Origin: Mobula hypostoma
Taxonomy: Eukaryota
Length of the DNA stretch: 64,000 bases
NCBI RefSeq assembly: GCF_963921235.1
Contig: NC_086108.1
Location: 65,164,001-65,228,000 of the forward strand
Direction of reading: 5' to 3'
The position numbers and the translations under genes are program-made. This document shows, in pieces, positions 1-12,879 of the stretch. Position 1 is the first letter of the stretch, and each line of letters starts with the position of its first letter. Under the pieces are notes generated by a model that saw only the letters and a list, made by a program, of their open reading frames with translations, was not told where the DNA came from and did not search any database.

Positions 1-267
1 TTCAGTCCTGTGATTTCACTTGTTTGTTACCAGACTGTGCCAGTGAGTTTTCCTGAGCCTTTCCAGCATTTGTATCTGAACTCTGTGTGTCTGAATATTG
101 ACTCTGCCTCTTTCCTGATTCCGGTTGTTGGATTTCTCTGGATGTTTTGATTTCTACCTGAACTTTAATGCTGACTTTGTTTGTACCTCGGGATTTGTTA
201 CTCAATTAATATCACTGTGTGCACAGTACTGCATCTGCAATTGGATCCCTGCTCCAGCACCCTGACA
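1..267 (+). mobile_element. Probable 3' end of an LTR (Gypsy-like), cut by the window edge
   Basis: Pyrimidine-rich LTR-like sequence ending ...CCCTGACA, followed by an abrupt switch to AT-rich unique DNA. The 5' end and TSD are not visible. Confidence 0.45.
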
Positions 268-2224
268 GAAACACACATCAAATGATACCTATAATTGTTA
301 TTAGTTTACTGCCCCTTGAGCCCGGATGAGATAATTTAGGCTTCACAGAAGCTGCATTAAATTTCTTCAGGAAAGCTAAGGCTCCATCATATGTACAACG
401 CTACCCTCCAGCTCTTTCCTTTGCTCTTCTGCATCAGGAGCAATACAATTCCCTCTGCCACCCTTTACTCAAACTCATAGCTTTTGCACTTCTTGTAGCA
501 AAATGAAATTAAAGCAGTGAGGGAATAAACTTTGACATGCCATTTTGTTTTGAATCCATGACAGATAGTTAAGCTACACAAAGTACAATATAACTGTTAA
601 GTCTAAACCATGCAGCTAATGCAGGAACGTCCAGTGAAAAAGCTAGGAAATCAGAAACTAAAGAGCCCTGCCATATATTCAGGGGCATCTTTTAACACTA
701 TGCACACAAAGACAAGAAAGATCTAGTGTCATTGAGAAACAAATTTTCAAGTCTATGTTATGTTGACATTTTCAGTATATTTGTATGATTTTGTTGGATG
801 CTTCCATTTGAGAGCTATAAAGTTTTCTAAAAGATCTTCTCGGGAAAGTTTTGTAAAGCCAACAGAAGAAAGTCCATTTCTTATAAATATTTTGGTAATT
901 ATTCTCCATTAGACAAATGACTGCTGAGGATAAATAAAGATCTAAACAACTAAAAAGCTCATAATAGCAGAAGCTTGAACTAAAGTCAATGGCTGTATAT
1001 TAAATGCTGAAGGATTTAATGTTACATGCTGAAGTTATTAGTGTAAGTATGTACGTAAGCTCCAGAAAAATGTTAACCTTGATGTGTTAGATAGGCCTAA
1101 TAGTTGGAAGTAATGTTATAGTTTTCCTAACTTAGTTTATGCCATATGTTTAAAGTTCAAATGGGTTAGAATTTCTAAAACCAGAACTATAACTGTAGAT
1201 AAGTAACAATGAGTAAACAAAAAGAAAAGCAAATATTTGACATATTGTTGGTAAATCTTTGTATACTCTTAAATTTAAACAGAAATTGTAATTTGGATGA
1301 TATTTTTGAATCTTTTACTTCTAGCTCACATTTAGCATTTTGAATTTATACCAGGTGGTAACATTTATAGCCAAAATGGTTAAAATCTCATTAATTCTAT
1401 AATTACCAGGTCAAATACAGCTAGTTATTGTTTTTCAATAGTAATAGGTAGTATTAAGTCCTAATTTTTGTACGATGCTGGTTTAATACTTAGCACTGTA
1501 AGATAATTGCTTACAGACAAACCCTCTTGTTTTCCTTTCCACATCTAACATCGAAGACTGCTTCAAAGTTATAGGAACTCCTGGTGATGCTTATTTTTGA
1601 GGAACTTTTTTTCTACTCTTAATCAACATCTAACCAGATACTTTTCAAGAAACGGTCACCAAATACTCCAGAACTTGAAAGGAGAAAATTGTTCCAGAGC
1701 AAATTAAATCAATCTAAAATCACACCAAAGATGTGAATAACAGAGACAAAATACCACAGAACACAGAACATAATTCACTGGAAATTAGTTATCGGGTAGA
1801 AGACTAGCTTGAAACCCACTTCAAAGATCATATCTGTCAAATTATGTTACTAATTTTTACTAATCAATTTTCCATTGCTTTGTTTAAAGGGATTCAGTAG
1901 CAATAAGCTCTGGAGAAGTTTTGTTTCCAACTTTCTAAAAAAGCAATGTGACCATAAAATATAGATGTATAATACTAAGTGTCATTAATTAATGGAATTA
2001 AATGAAGAGTAATTTTCTGGTTATGTTTGTCTCAATCAAAAATTTAGGATGAAAAGTACAAATAGTAACCACCACTGAAACCTAGCTAATCAGGTCCTTG
2101 AATATTAAATTAAAAAGAACAGCTTATTCAGTAGTTAATACATAAATTGCTAAAGTTTCATGCATAAAAAAACTAAAAGTACAGCAGCCACTTCAACAAA
2201 ACAGAAGAAAACTGGCTCAGACAG

Positions 2225-5218
2225 GATAACGAACAGAGTACTGAAGACCTGTGCTGATTAACTAGCAGGAGTGTTCGCTGAGATCTTTAACCTCTTGCTT
2301 CAGCAGTCTGAGGTACCCACCTACTTAAAGCAGGTTTCAATTACACCAGTGGCCGAGAAGAATTTGTAACCTGTCTCAATGACTGTAGTCCAATAGCACT
2401 AACATCTACTGTGATGAAGTGCTTTGAGAGGTCAGTGATATAAAACATATCAACGCCTGCCATAGCAGCGACTTCAATCCACTCCAGTTTGCTTACCATC
2501 ACAACAAGTCAACAGCAGATGCCACTTCATAGGCTCTTCACTCAATGCTGAAAATTTGGAGAGTGAAGATGCACACTTCAGGACTATAGCTCTGCATTCA
2601 ATCCTATCACTCCCTCAAAACAAATCAATAATCTCCAAGGCCTCTGTGGGAAGCGAGGGAGGAGATTGCTGAGCCTCTGGTGATGATCTTTGCATCACCA
2701 ATGAGGACAAGAGAGGTTCTGGAGGATTGTGGGTGTTTTCTCTTATTCAAGAAAGGGAGTAGGGATAGCCCAGGAAATTATAGACCAGTGAGTCTTACTT
2801 CAGTGGTTGGTAAGTTGATGGAGAAGATCCTGAGAGGCAGGATTTATGAACATTTGGAGAGGCATAATATGATTCAGAATAGTCAGCATGGCTTTGTCAA
2901 AGGCAGGTTGTGCCCTATGAGCCTGATTGAATATTTTGAGGATGTGACTACATTGATGAAAGTAGAGTCGTAGATGTAGTGTATGTGGATTTCAGCAAGG
3001 CGTTTGATAAGGTACCCATGCAAGGCTTATCGAGAAGGTAAGGAGGCATAGGATCCAAGGGGATATTGCTTTGTGGATCCAGAACTGGTTTGCCCATGGA
3101 AGGCAAAGAGTGGTTGTAGACGGGTCATATTCTGCACGAAGGCTGGTGACCAGTGGTGTGCCCCAGGGATCTGTTCTGGGACCACTTCTGTTTGTGATTT
3201 TTATAAATTACCTGGACGAGGAAGTGGAGGAATGGGTTAGTAAATTTGCTGATGACTCAAAGGTTGGAGGTGTTGTGGATAGTGTGGAGGGCTGTCAGAG
3301 GTTACAGCGGGACATTGATAGGATGCAAAACAGGGCTGAGAAGTGGCAGTTGGAGTTCAATCCAGATAAGTGTGAGGTGGTTCATTTTGGTAGGACAAAT
3401 ATGATGGCAGAATATAGTATTAATGGCAAAACTCTTGGCAGTGTGGGGGATCAGAGGGATCTTGGGGTCCGAGTCCATAGGACACTCAAAGCTGCTACGC
3501 AGGTTGACTCTGTGGTTAAGAAGGCATACAGTGCATTGGTCTTCATCGACCGTGGGATTGCGTTTAAGAGCCAGGAGGTAATTTTGCAGCTATATAGGAC
3601 CCTGGTCAGACCCCACTTGGAGTACTGTGCTCAATTCTGGTCGCCTCACTGTAAGAAGGATGGGGAAACCATAGAAAGGGTGCAGAGGAGATTTACAAGG
3701 ATATTGCCTGGATTGGGGAGCATGCCATATGAGAATAGGTTGAGTGAACTTGGCCTTGACTCCATGGAGTGACGGAGGATGAGAGGTGACCTGATAGAGG
3801 TGTACAATATAATGTGAGGCATTGATTGTGTGGATAGTCAGAGGCTTTTCCCCAGGGCTGAAATGGCTAGCACGAGAGGGCAGAGTTTTAAGGTGCTTGG
3901 AAGTAAGTACAGAGGAGATGTCAGGGGCAAGTTTTTTATGCAGAGAGTGGTGAGTGCGTGGAATGGGCTGCCGGCAACGGTGGTGCTGGAGGTGGAAATG
4001 ATGGAGTCTTTTCAGAGACTTCTGGATGGGTACATGGAGCTTAGAAAAATAGAGGGCTATGGGTAAGCCTAGGTAGTTCTAAGGTAAGGACATGTTCGGC
4101 ACAGCTTTGTGGGCCGAAGTGCCTGTATTGTGCGTAGGTTTTCTATTTTTCTATGTTACCTCCTTTTGCAACTGGATCCTTGGTTTCCTCCAGTCAGTTC
4201 AGATTGGCAACATCTCCTCCACAATTACCATCAGCACAAGTGCACTACAAGGCTGTGTGATTTGCTTCTTGCTCTAGTCATTTTATACTTACGATTATGA
4301 GGCTAAGCACAGCTCCAATGACACATTTAAGTTTGCAGACAACAACACTGTTGTTGGCTGAATCAAGGGTTGTGACAAATCTGGCAGAGTGGTGCCACAA
4401 CAACAAATTTTCACTTATTGTCAACAAGACCAAGGAGCTGATGATTGATTAGAGGAGGAGGAACCTGGGGGTCCATGGGCCAGTCCTCATCAGGGAATCA
4501 GAGGTGAGAGGGTCAGTAACTTTAAATTCTTTGACAATATCATTTCCTGAGTCCAGCACATAAATGCCATTACAAAGAAATCACGGCAGCACCTCTTAGA
4601 AGTTTGTGAAGTTTCGGCATGTCATCTAAAACTTTGACAAGCTTCTATAAATGTACAGAGGAGAGCATACTGACTGGTTGTATCACAGCCTGGCATGGGA
4701 ATGAAAAAACCTACAAAAAGTAGTGGATATGTATATCATCATCTAGGACACTCATCATCCAGGCCATACTCTTTTCTCATTGCTGCCATTAGGAAGGAGC
4801 TACAAGAATATCAGTACCCATACCAGCAGCTTCAGGAACAGTTATTACCCTTCATCCATTAGACTCTCAAACCAGTAGGGATAACTTCACTCAGCTTCAT
4901 TAACTGTATCACTGGACTGTCCACACAACCTATGGACTCACTTTCAAGGATTCTTCATCTCATGTTCTTGTATGTATTGCTTATTTATTATTATTACTTT
5001 GATTGTTTATTTTTTCTTTTTGTATTTGCACAGTTTGTTGATTAATGCACATTGGTTATTTATCCATCTTGTTATATGTGGCTTTTCATTGATTCTATTG
5101 TGTTTCTTTTTATTTACTGTGAAAACCCTCCAGAAAATGAATCTCAGAGTTGTATATTGTGACATTTATGTACCTTGATAATAAATTTACTTCGAACTTT
5201 TGAACATTGAACTTTGAA
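2225..5218 (+). mobile_element. Degenerate Rex1/Babar LINE, split by a CR1 insertion at 2648-4157
   Basis: RT-coding remnants (ALTSTVMKCFER, CNWILGFL, KFAD). The 3' end has AATAAA plus a (TTTGAAC)-like tail at ~5180-5218. Confidence 0.85.
2648..4157 (+). mobile_element. 5'-truncated CR1 LINE (RT and 3' UTR)
   Basis: ORFs 2680-2973, 3071-3772 and 3830-4066 contain PGNYRPVSLTS, GVPQGSVLGP, KFADD and LVRPHLEYC. It ends in a (TTTCTATG)-type tail. Confidence 0.95.
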
Positions 5219-5979
5219 AATTATTAATATATTGTGTGAACCAATGAGTGGTAAGTATAATGACTAAGGGTAAATTAATAACCTAATGGGAGAGGAAATC
5301 ATATTATACATTCACATGGCTCATGCCTTCTAAGTGATAGCGAGGTTCTGGGGAATCAGGAACTGGCTTTTCAGCAGCTGAACACAGAAGCTTGCCAATT
5401 CTTATACCTATGACACTTCTGTGTCCAATTAATTGGCCCTCTCTTCCAGAACCCACCATTATATTAAATAGTTTAGTCTAAGCGTCCACTGACTGACACT
5501 CCTTTGTTATCCAAGAAATGGCAAATGAAGTTAAGCGCTGTGTAACCATCATCAGCTATTACCCCTCTGATCTTTTGTTAACCTCTCATTAATCATATGA
5601 TACAAATAAATATGCTTGTGGACACAAAGACTGATGATGCTGGAATCTGGAGCAACAAACATGATTCTGGAAGGAGCATCCTATTGTTAAGGTGATGGTA
5701 TCTAGGACACTGCTCTGAGTAAGTCCCATGGGAATATTCTAGAGCTGGGGTGATTGGCCTCCAACAACCACAAGCGTTTGCTTTTGATGCCATTTAATGT
5801 CTAATGTCAAGGGCACGCTCACCCCACTACTGGAATTCAGTGATGTCCATGCCTGCATTAACACTGTATAGGGATATGAAGCTGAGTGGAGTGGGTTTAC
5901 AGAATCCAAGTCAAACATTGACATCTGTGGATAATAATTCACTTGTTCCAAAGTATATAGTTTCTGCATTTTCCTGATT

Positions 5980-6160
5980 GCAATATTCTGAAGTGGCTGA
6001 TCCACTATCCAAAGGTAATAAGGATAAACCTGGGAATTATAGACCAGTGGATTTTCTATTAGTTTTGGGAAAATTATTGGAGAAGGTTCTTAGAGACAGG
6101 ATTTGCAAGCATTTGGAGAAGCATAGTCTGATTCTGGACAGTCAGTATGGCTTTGGGAGT
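5980..6160 (+). mobile_element. CR1 RT fragment
   Basis: Translates KGNKDKPGNYRPV...GKLLEKVLRDRI. Confidence 0.8.
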
Positions 6161-6196
6161 GTAAATTGGGAATTCAAGTTTGGCTTAGATTCTACT

Positions 6197-6402
6197 GTGC
6201 CGGCTGGTGGCGTAGTGGCATCAGCGCCGGACTTCGGAGCGAAGGCTCCCGAGTTCGAATCCAGCCGGCTCCCTTGCACACTTTCCATCTGTGTACTGGG
6301 TTGAGTAAAAATAAGAAAGCCTGGTAAAAAAAAAAAAACACCGTCATGATGGCGTCCCGATGACTCCACCCAGAGTTAAGGGCTTTCTTCTTCCTCTTCT
6401 TG
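6197..6402 (+). mobile_element. tRNA-derived SINE
   Basis: A box TGGCGTAGTGG, B box GAGTTCGAATCC and a (CTT)n tail. It is flanked by the direct repeat GATTCTACT at 6188-6196 and 6403-6411. Confidence 0.85.
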
Positions 6403-6548
6403 GATTCTACTAATCCACTTGGCTCCATATCCCTGTACAGATGCAATCAGGAAAATGTGGAGATTACTCAGGGAGTGCTAGCTTGAGGTTTTGGATACAT
6501 TTGTCCCAAGAAAAGGATGGAGACTAAAGGAACTATGTAAACAGTAAA

Positions 6549-7309
6549 AGTTTCAAGGATTCAAAGGTTTCAAAAGTATAATTTAATGTCAGAGAAATGT
6601 ATACAATATACATCCTGAAATGCTTTTTCTTTGCAAACATCCATGAAAACAGTGGAGTGCCCCAGAGAATGAATGACAGTAAAATGTTAGAATCCCAAAG
6701 CCCCCCCAGATCCCCCCTCCTGTACATAAGCGGCAGCAAGCAACAATCCCCCCTCCCCCCACCAGCAAAAAAAAAGCGTCGGCACTCACCACCAGGACCT
6801 CAAGCGTGAGCAAAGCAAAAGTAAAGACCCAGACTTCAGGGAGAAAGAAGAGTCTCCATTTTCACAGCGAGCCAGGAGACATAACAAACAACTTGCTGGT
6901 TTATGATGTTAAAAGTCTGCCACATCACTTTTATCAAGCTCTGTGCCCAAAGAACAAGTGTCGCAGATATTCCGAATCCCCTGACGACACACGGTTCTCC
7001 TGTCGTGACACCGACCCTCAATCTGCCTGTCTCCAGTGGCCCGAGATCCTAGGCTTCCAAAGCCAAGCCAAATACTTAGGCTGAGCTCTTGGCTTGCCGG
7101 ACAACAGTCAGTCCTGAATCCCTGAGAGTGGGGTCCCATTCCCACAAAGAACCATAGTCAGCATGTAACTCCAGGTCAGGGTCTTCAAAAAAAACCTTTA
7201 AAGGGAAAGATAAAGATATTAAAGATGGAAGTAGAGCTGTTTCCAAAGATGCAAGCAGAGGAGTCGCCGTTTAGCGCCATCATTACTCTGCTCCGCCTTC
7301 TTCGGGAAC
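6549..7309 (-). mobile_element. Non-coding retroposon, 'family B', copy 1
   Basis: Colinear with 51352-52169. The minus-strand 5' end reads GAAGAAGGCGGAGC...GATGGCGCTAAACGG, with a (TTTGAAACC)-like 3' tail. Flanked by CAGTAAA at 6542-6548 and 7310-7316. Confidence 0.75.
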
Positions 7310-7319
7310 CAGTAAAGGA

Positions 7320-7400
7320 CAAAATATTGACTGTTTACTCTTTTTACTCTTTTCCATGGATGCTGTCTGGCCTGCTGAGTTCCTCCAGCATTGTATGTGA
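7320..7400 (+). mobile_element. Penelope terminal-repeat remnant
   Basis: GATGCTGTCTGGCCTGCTGAGTTCCTCCAGCATT matches 27380-27420 and 60164-60200. Confidence 0.7.
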
Positions 7401-7890
7401 ATTATAGTGTGGATACAGAACTGGCTTGCCCATAGAAGAGAGAGGGCGGTAGTAGCTAGAGAGTATTCTGCCCAGAAGTCAGTGACCAGTAGTGTTCTGC
7501 AGGGATCTGTTCTGCAAAGCACTACTCTTTATGAATTTGATAAATGATTGGATCAGTGTGGAAGCATGGGTTAGTAAGTCTGCAGATGATACCAAGATTA
7601 GTGGTGCTGTGGATAGTGTATAAGGTTGTTGTAGGATGCAAAGCTGGGCTTAGATGTGTTAGATGAGTTCAATCTGGAGAATTGTGAAGTGATACACTTT
7701 GGAAGGTCAAACTTGAAGGCAAAGTACAAAGTCAATGGCAGGATTGTTAGCAGTGTGGAGAATCAGAGGCACCTTGGGGTCTACATCCACAGATCCCTCA
7801 AAGTTGCCATGCAAGCTGATAGGGTGGTTAAGAATGAACCAAAGGGCCTGTACTGTGCTGTCCTGTTTATTCTCTATGTTGTATGACTAC
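7400..7890 (+). mobile_element. Degenerate CR1 RT fragment with a fused 3' tail
   Basis: Homologous to 3071-3520; translates FNLENCEVIHFGRSN. Confidence 0.85.
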
Positions 7891-9047
7891 TGGAAATTGT
7901 TGAAGTGAAAAGGCTTTAAACCCAGTATTTGGGACTTTCTTTTCATAGATTCTTCTGTCAATGGAAGGTAGGAGAATGTTATAGTTAATAGTAGTGAAAC
8001 AAATAGTGGGATTGAAGAGACTACCGACTAAGAGTGTGGATATGGTATAGATTTAAATTGTGATCCATTCAGTGTTGGGAAATCGAGAAAACTGTAAAGT
8101 TGAAGGAGTAATGATGGTGAAGATTCATTTTGTGATGTTGAGGATTTATGTTCTTCACGTCACCTCTAGAATAGCAAACAAATCTTACAAACAACTTTGC
8201 TGAAGCTGGGATGCAGACCCGAGAGAAAATCTGAATTATTGTTCAGGGATTAGAGACTGATGGAGTCATTAGAAAATTATGGTTTTAATTTTTGATTTGT
8301 TGCGTTGTTGGCAATATGTCTTCCTTGTCAAGCGTCTGCAAAAATCCCACAGTTCCAAATAAAAGCATTGCTGCCAGTGACTAGCCAAACAACTAATACT
8401 CACCCAACAGAACAGACGTGGATTATGAAGTTATTTGTTTCACATTATGTGCAAATTAACTGTTATTTTTATAGATATTAAATCAGTGATTACATTTCAA
8501 AATGATATCATCAGTTGTACTGTATTTCGGCATACCCAGATGTAAAATGCAAATTGTTTCTTTGTTGTCAGATTATATAAGAATAACTAGCTAGTACTCC
8601 AAGATAAGTGTATTTAAATATATAGGATGTTAACACTGAAAAGGGAAGATAAAGGTAATAAATTTGTAGACAATGTTTTGAAAAGGTTGCTGAATGATTT
8701 ATTCTTTCTGCATATGCCTGCACTATCATTTATAAATTTAAGATCAAGTTTCAGAGGTCACTTTTTGGAGTGGATGATTCAAAGACAGTGCCACTGAATT
8801 TGCATCAAATATTTGCAGACCACCGTCATTCCAAAAAAAAACAAAAACAAGATAATTTGCCTTAATACCTACTGCCCAGTGGCTCTGACATCTACCATTA
8901 TGAAGTGCTTTGAGAAGCTGGTCATGGCTGGTTGTTAACTCCAACCTTCAAGACAACGTTGACCCACTGCAATTTGCCTACTGCTGAAACAGGTATACAG
9001 TGAATGCCATCTACCTGGTTCTACTCTAATCTCTGGAATATCTAGAC

Positions 9048-9117
9048 CAGGGTTTTTTACGCCATGGAGCCCTACCACTAACTGAGGAGTCCGTGGGCCC
9101 CAGTTTGGGAACATCTG
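9048..9117. mobile_element. 70-bp hAT-Charlie-type MITE
   Basis: CAG...CTG termini with a perfect 8-bp TSD, ATCTAGAC, at 9040-9047 and 9118-9125. This fits the NTCTAGAN target typical of Charlie elements. Confidence 0.85.
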
Positions 9118-9171
9118 ATCTAGACAGTAGGGGCATTTATGTCAGACTATTGTTTATTAACTACAACAATA

Positions 9172-10072
9172 GGGAGGAGAAGATGGCATGCGCAACCCCT
9201 CTGGTGAATGATATCTGTAATCTGTCAAGTAGGGGACCATGCACAATTCTGATTTGATGGAAACTGACATGAGACTACGGAGGAACATCTGGAAAACTTC
9301 TGAAATGCCCGCTTCGCTGCCGCTGCTACTGTGTGCTAACCGGAATCTCTGGAGCAGAAGGCCCCGAATCCTCGGCTTTGCTTGTTTCAGTGGCTGGGAC
9401 TAGGTCGAAGGCGCTCGACAGAGGATGGCGCTCGGGAAGCTGTATCGGAGGGGCTAGTCGGAGGCTCGAAGTTTTTGGATGGACGGACTAAGTGTTGGCT
9501 GTGGTTAGCTGCTTCCAAGGCATTGGTAAGTTGACGGTGTCTGGAGGTTTATGGCAGGGAGTTTTTTTCTTTTGCCGCCGCTATCGGGGACTCAGGAGTC
9601 GATCGACTCGGGAACTTTGAGACTATTTTTACCGTGCCCATGTGAAGCACCTTCAATAACTCCAAAAGACTGAGGTTAGGTAAAATACCAAAAGGCTTTT
9701 ATTCGCTGTACAACAATACGACCTCCATGGTGAGTGTCTGCCCCTGGACTGAGGGGGAGGGGCAAGGCAAAACACCTTTATACCGGATCTGTGGGAGGAG
9801 CCACAGAGGCAGTCAGCAGAGGGGCGTGTCCAGACAGTTAACCCAGTTACAACATATATATATGGTTTACCACACCATGGTTTGTTCTTTAGCAAATTTG
9901 TTCTTTTGCACTGCTGTAACTATATGTTATAATTATGTGGTTCTGTCAGTGTCAGTCTTTGGTTTGTCCAGTTTTCTGTGATATCACTCTGGAGAAATAT
10001 TGTATCATTTCTTCATGCATGTATGCATTTCTAAATGATAATAAAAGAGGACTGAGTGTTCTCATAATCTAA
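9172..10072 (+). mobile_element. Non-coding retroposon, 'family A', copy 1 (contains a solo LTR)
   Basis: Colinear with the copies at 21945, 37613 and 62003. GGAGAAGATGGC head, with AATAAA and a CATAATCTAA tail. Confidence 0.85.
9643..9874 (-). mobile_element. 232-bp solo LTR
   Basis: TG...CA termini and a 5-bp TSD, CCATG, at 9638-9642 and 9875-9879. TATAAA and AATAAA lie in the expected order on the minus strand. It is absent from the other family A copies. Confidence 0.9.
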
Positions 10073-11032
10073 ACTCCACCTTCAATACCTTAATTCCAAG
10101 TAAACTCAACACCAAATTCTGGATCTTGGAAGTCAACATCTCACTTTGCAACTGGATTCTAGATTTCCTGGCCAAAGACTTCATTCAGTAAGGATAGGAA
10201 GCAACATCTCATTCACAAGACTGCATCCTCAGACCCTTACTCTACTCTCTGTACACTAATCACTGTGTGGCCAGATTCTGCCCTAACCTCATCTACCAGC
10301 CTGCAGATAATACCAGAGCATGGGCTATATCTCAAATAATGATGCGTCTGAGTACAGGAAGCAGATAAAGCTTGGTGATGTGCTGTCATGACAACAACCA
10401 TTCCCTCAACGTTAGAAAACTGGTCATTAATGTCAGGAAGTGGGGAGGGGGTGTGTATATATTCCTGTCTACATCAACAGTGTTGAGAGCTTCAAATTCC
10501 TAGGAGTGACCATCTTCAATAGCCTGTCTTGTTCCAACCACATTGATGTGATGGCCAAGTAGTCTCATCATTGCCTCTACTTCCTCGGGAGGCTAAAGAA
10601 ATTTGGCATGTGCCTGTCAACCCTTACCACTTGTTAATCAATGCATTATAAAGAACACCCTTTCTGATTGCCTAATGGCTCTGTGTGGCAACTGCCATGC
10701 CCATAACCTCAAGGAACTAGAGAGAGCTGTGGACGCAGCTCAGCACATCACAGAAACCAGCCTGCCCTCTGTGACTCTGTTTATACTTTTCACTGCCAGC
10801 ATAATCAAAGACCCCAGCCACTCCATACATTCTTGCTTGTTCCCTCTTCCATTAAGCAGAAGATACAAAAGGCTGAAAGCATGTACCACCACGTTCAAAA
10901 AGAGCTCCTACCTTGCTGATAGATGACCATTGAATGGTTCCTAGTGCAATAAGGAGCACTCATTAACTCACAATCTACCTTGTTATGACCTTGCACCTTA
11001 CTGTGTACCTGTTCTGTAGCTGTTACACTTTA

Positions 11033-12620
11033 AAGTTCAAAGTTCAAAGCTAATTTGTTATCAAAATACATATATGTTACCATATACTACCTTGAGATTC
11101 ATTTTCTTGCAAGAATTACAAGGAATAAAAGAAATGCAATAGAATTTATGATAAACTACACACAAGACCATTAGAAAATAAAACATAATAGATTTAGACC
11201 ATTTGAGATCGCTCCGCTCTTCCATTATCCTTCTCAACCCCATTCTCCTCTGCCTTAAGTATTCCAAATGAACTGGCCTGAACAGCTGTCCGTGGCAATA
11301 AATGCCCCAATTCTCCACCCTCTGGCTAAAGAAAATTTTCCTCATCTCTGTCCTAAATGGACACAACTCTATTCTGAAGCTATCCCCTCTGGTCCTAGGC
11401 TCACCCACAATTGGAAACGTCCTCTCCACATCCACAATCTATCTAGGCCTTTCAATATTCAATAGGTTTCACTTGGACCTCCTCCCACCACATTCTTCTA
11501 AACTCCAGTAAGTACAGGCCCAGCGGTATCATACATTTCTCATATGTTAACGCTTTCATTCGTGGGATCATTCTTGTGAACCTCCTCTGGACCCGCTCCA
11601 ATGCCAGCACATTATTTCTTAGATAAGAGTCCCAAAACTACTCACAATATTCCAATTGTGGTCTGACCAATGCTTTATAAAGCCTCAGCATTACATCATA
11701 GGCTTTTGTATTCTGGTCCTCTTGAAATAAATGCTAACATTGAATTTGACTTCCTTACCACTGCCTCAACCTGCAAGTTAACCTTTAGGGATCCTGTATG
11801 AGGAGTCCCAAGCCTCTTTGCACCTCTGATTTTTAAAATTTTCTTCCCATTTAGAAAACAGTCTACACCTTTATTCTTTCCACCAAAGTGCATGACTTTG
11901 TACTTCCCGACACTATATTCCATCTTCTTCGCCCATTCCCTCAATCTGTCTAAGTTCTTCTGCAGACACCCTGCTTCCTCAACACTACCTGCCCCTCCAC
12001 CTATCTTCATCTGGTCTGCAAACTTGGCCACAAAGGCATCAATTCCTTCATCCAAATCATTGATATATAATGTGAAAAGAAGCGGTCCCAACACCGACGC
12101 CTGCAGCACACCACTAGTCACCAGCAGCCAACCAGAATAAGGCCCATTTATTCCGACACTTTTCCTCCTGCCAATCACCCAATCTTCTATCCATGCTAGT
12201 ACCTTTCCTGTAATACCTTGGGCTCTTATCAGTACCGATCTTTTGTCATCTCTTTCTAAGGATTTGATTTGGGGCAGAGCCACCCCATCCCTTCTGCCTT
12301 CCTGCCTGTCCTTTCAATACAATGTGTATCCTTGGATGTTAAGCTCCCGACTATAAACTTCTTTCATCCATGATTCCGAAATGCCCACAACATCATACCT
12401 GCCAATCTCTAACTGTGCTACAAGATTATCTACCTTATTCTGTATCCATAAACAGACAAAGGTTAACAAAATAATGAGCAAATAAAAAGAATACTGAAAA
12501 GATGAGTCATAAAGAGTTCTTGAAAGTGATTCTCTAGGTTGTAGAATCATTTCAGAGTAGTAGTGATTTAAGTTATCCACATTGGTTCAGGAGCTTGATG
12601 GTTGTAAGGTAATAATATTC
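11033..12620 (-). mobile_element. Rex1-type 3' end (11033-11185 and 12446-12620) interrupted by CR1
   Basis: A (TTTGAAC)n-like tail and 3' UTR similar to the reverse complement of 5130-5218. Confidence 0.6.
11190..12445 (-). mobile_element. CR1 LINE with a large internal deletion
   Basis: ORF 11696-12283 contains TSGVLQASVLGP and KFADQ. An endonuclease remnant (YDVVGISESW) is fused directly to the RT. Confidence 0.9.
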
Positions 12621-12879
12621 AGTAATTTCCCCCCACCCTCTTCCTTATACTTCCATTCACCACTCTAGCATCCCACTGACCTCTCCTCCACCTCATCTGC
12701 CTAACACCTCCACCTGGTGCCTTTCCTGCAATTTGGTAGGTTCTGATGTGCCCTTTAGAGCAGGTGGGTAGTGTGGGAGCTGGTGTGCTGTGTTTCCTTG
12801 ACAAAAAGTCTCAAAATTTTCTGTACCACCCCAAAAGCTTCATCTCTGTTTCGTGTAATATATTTTCAAGAGTGTTTTG

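Larger units (their letters stand above)
8860..11030 (+). mobile_element. Degenerate Rex1/Babar LINE hosting nested insertions
   Basis: Remnants [24 protein letters not shown] and IIKDPSH. Confidence 0.85.

Noticed and set aside
6197..6275. Functional tRNA gene
   Set aside because: No clean acceptor stem and no T-run terminator. It continues into a SINE body with a tail and TSD.
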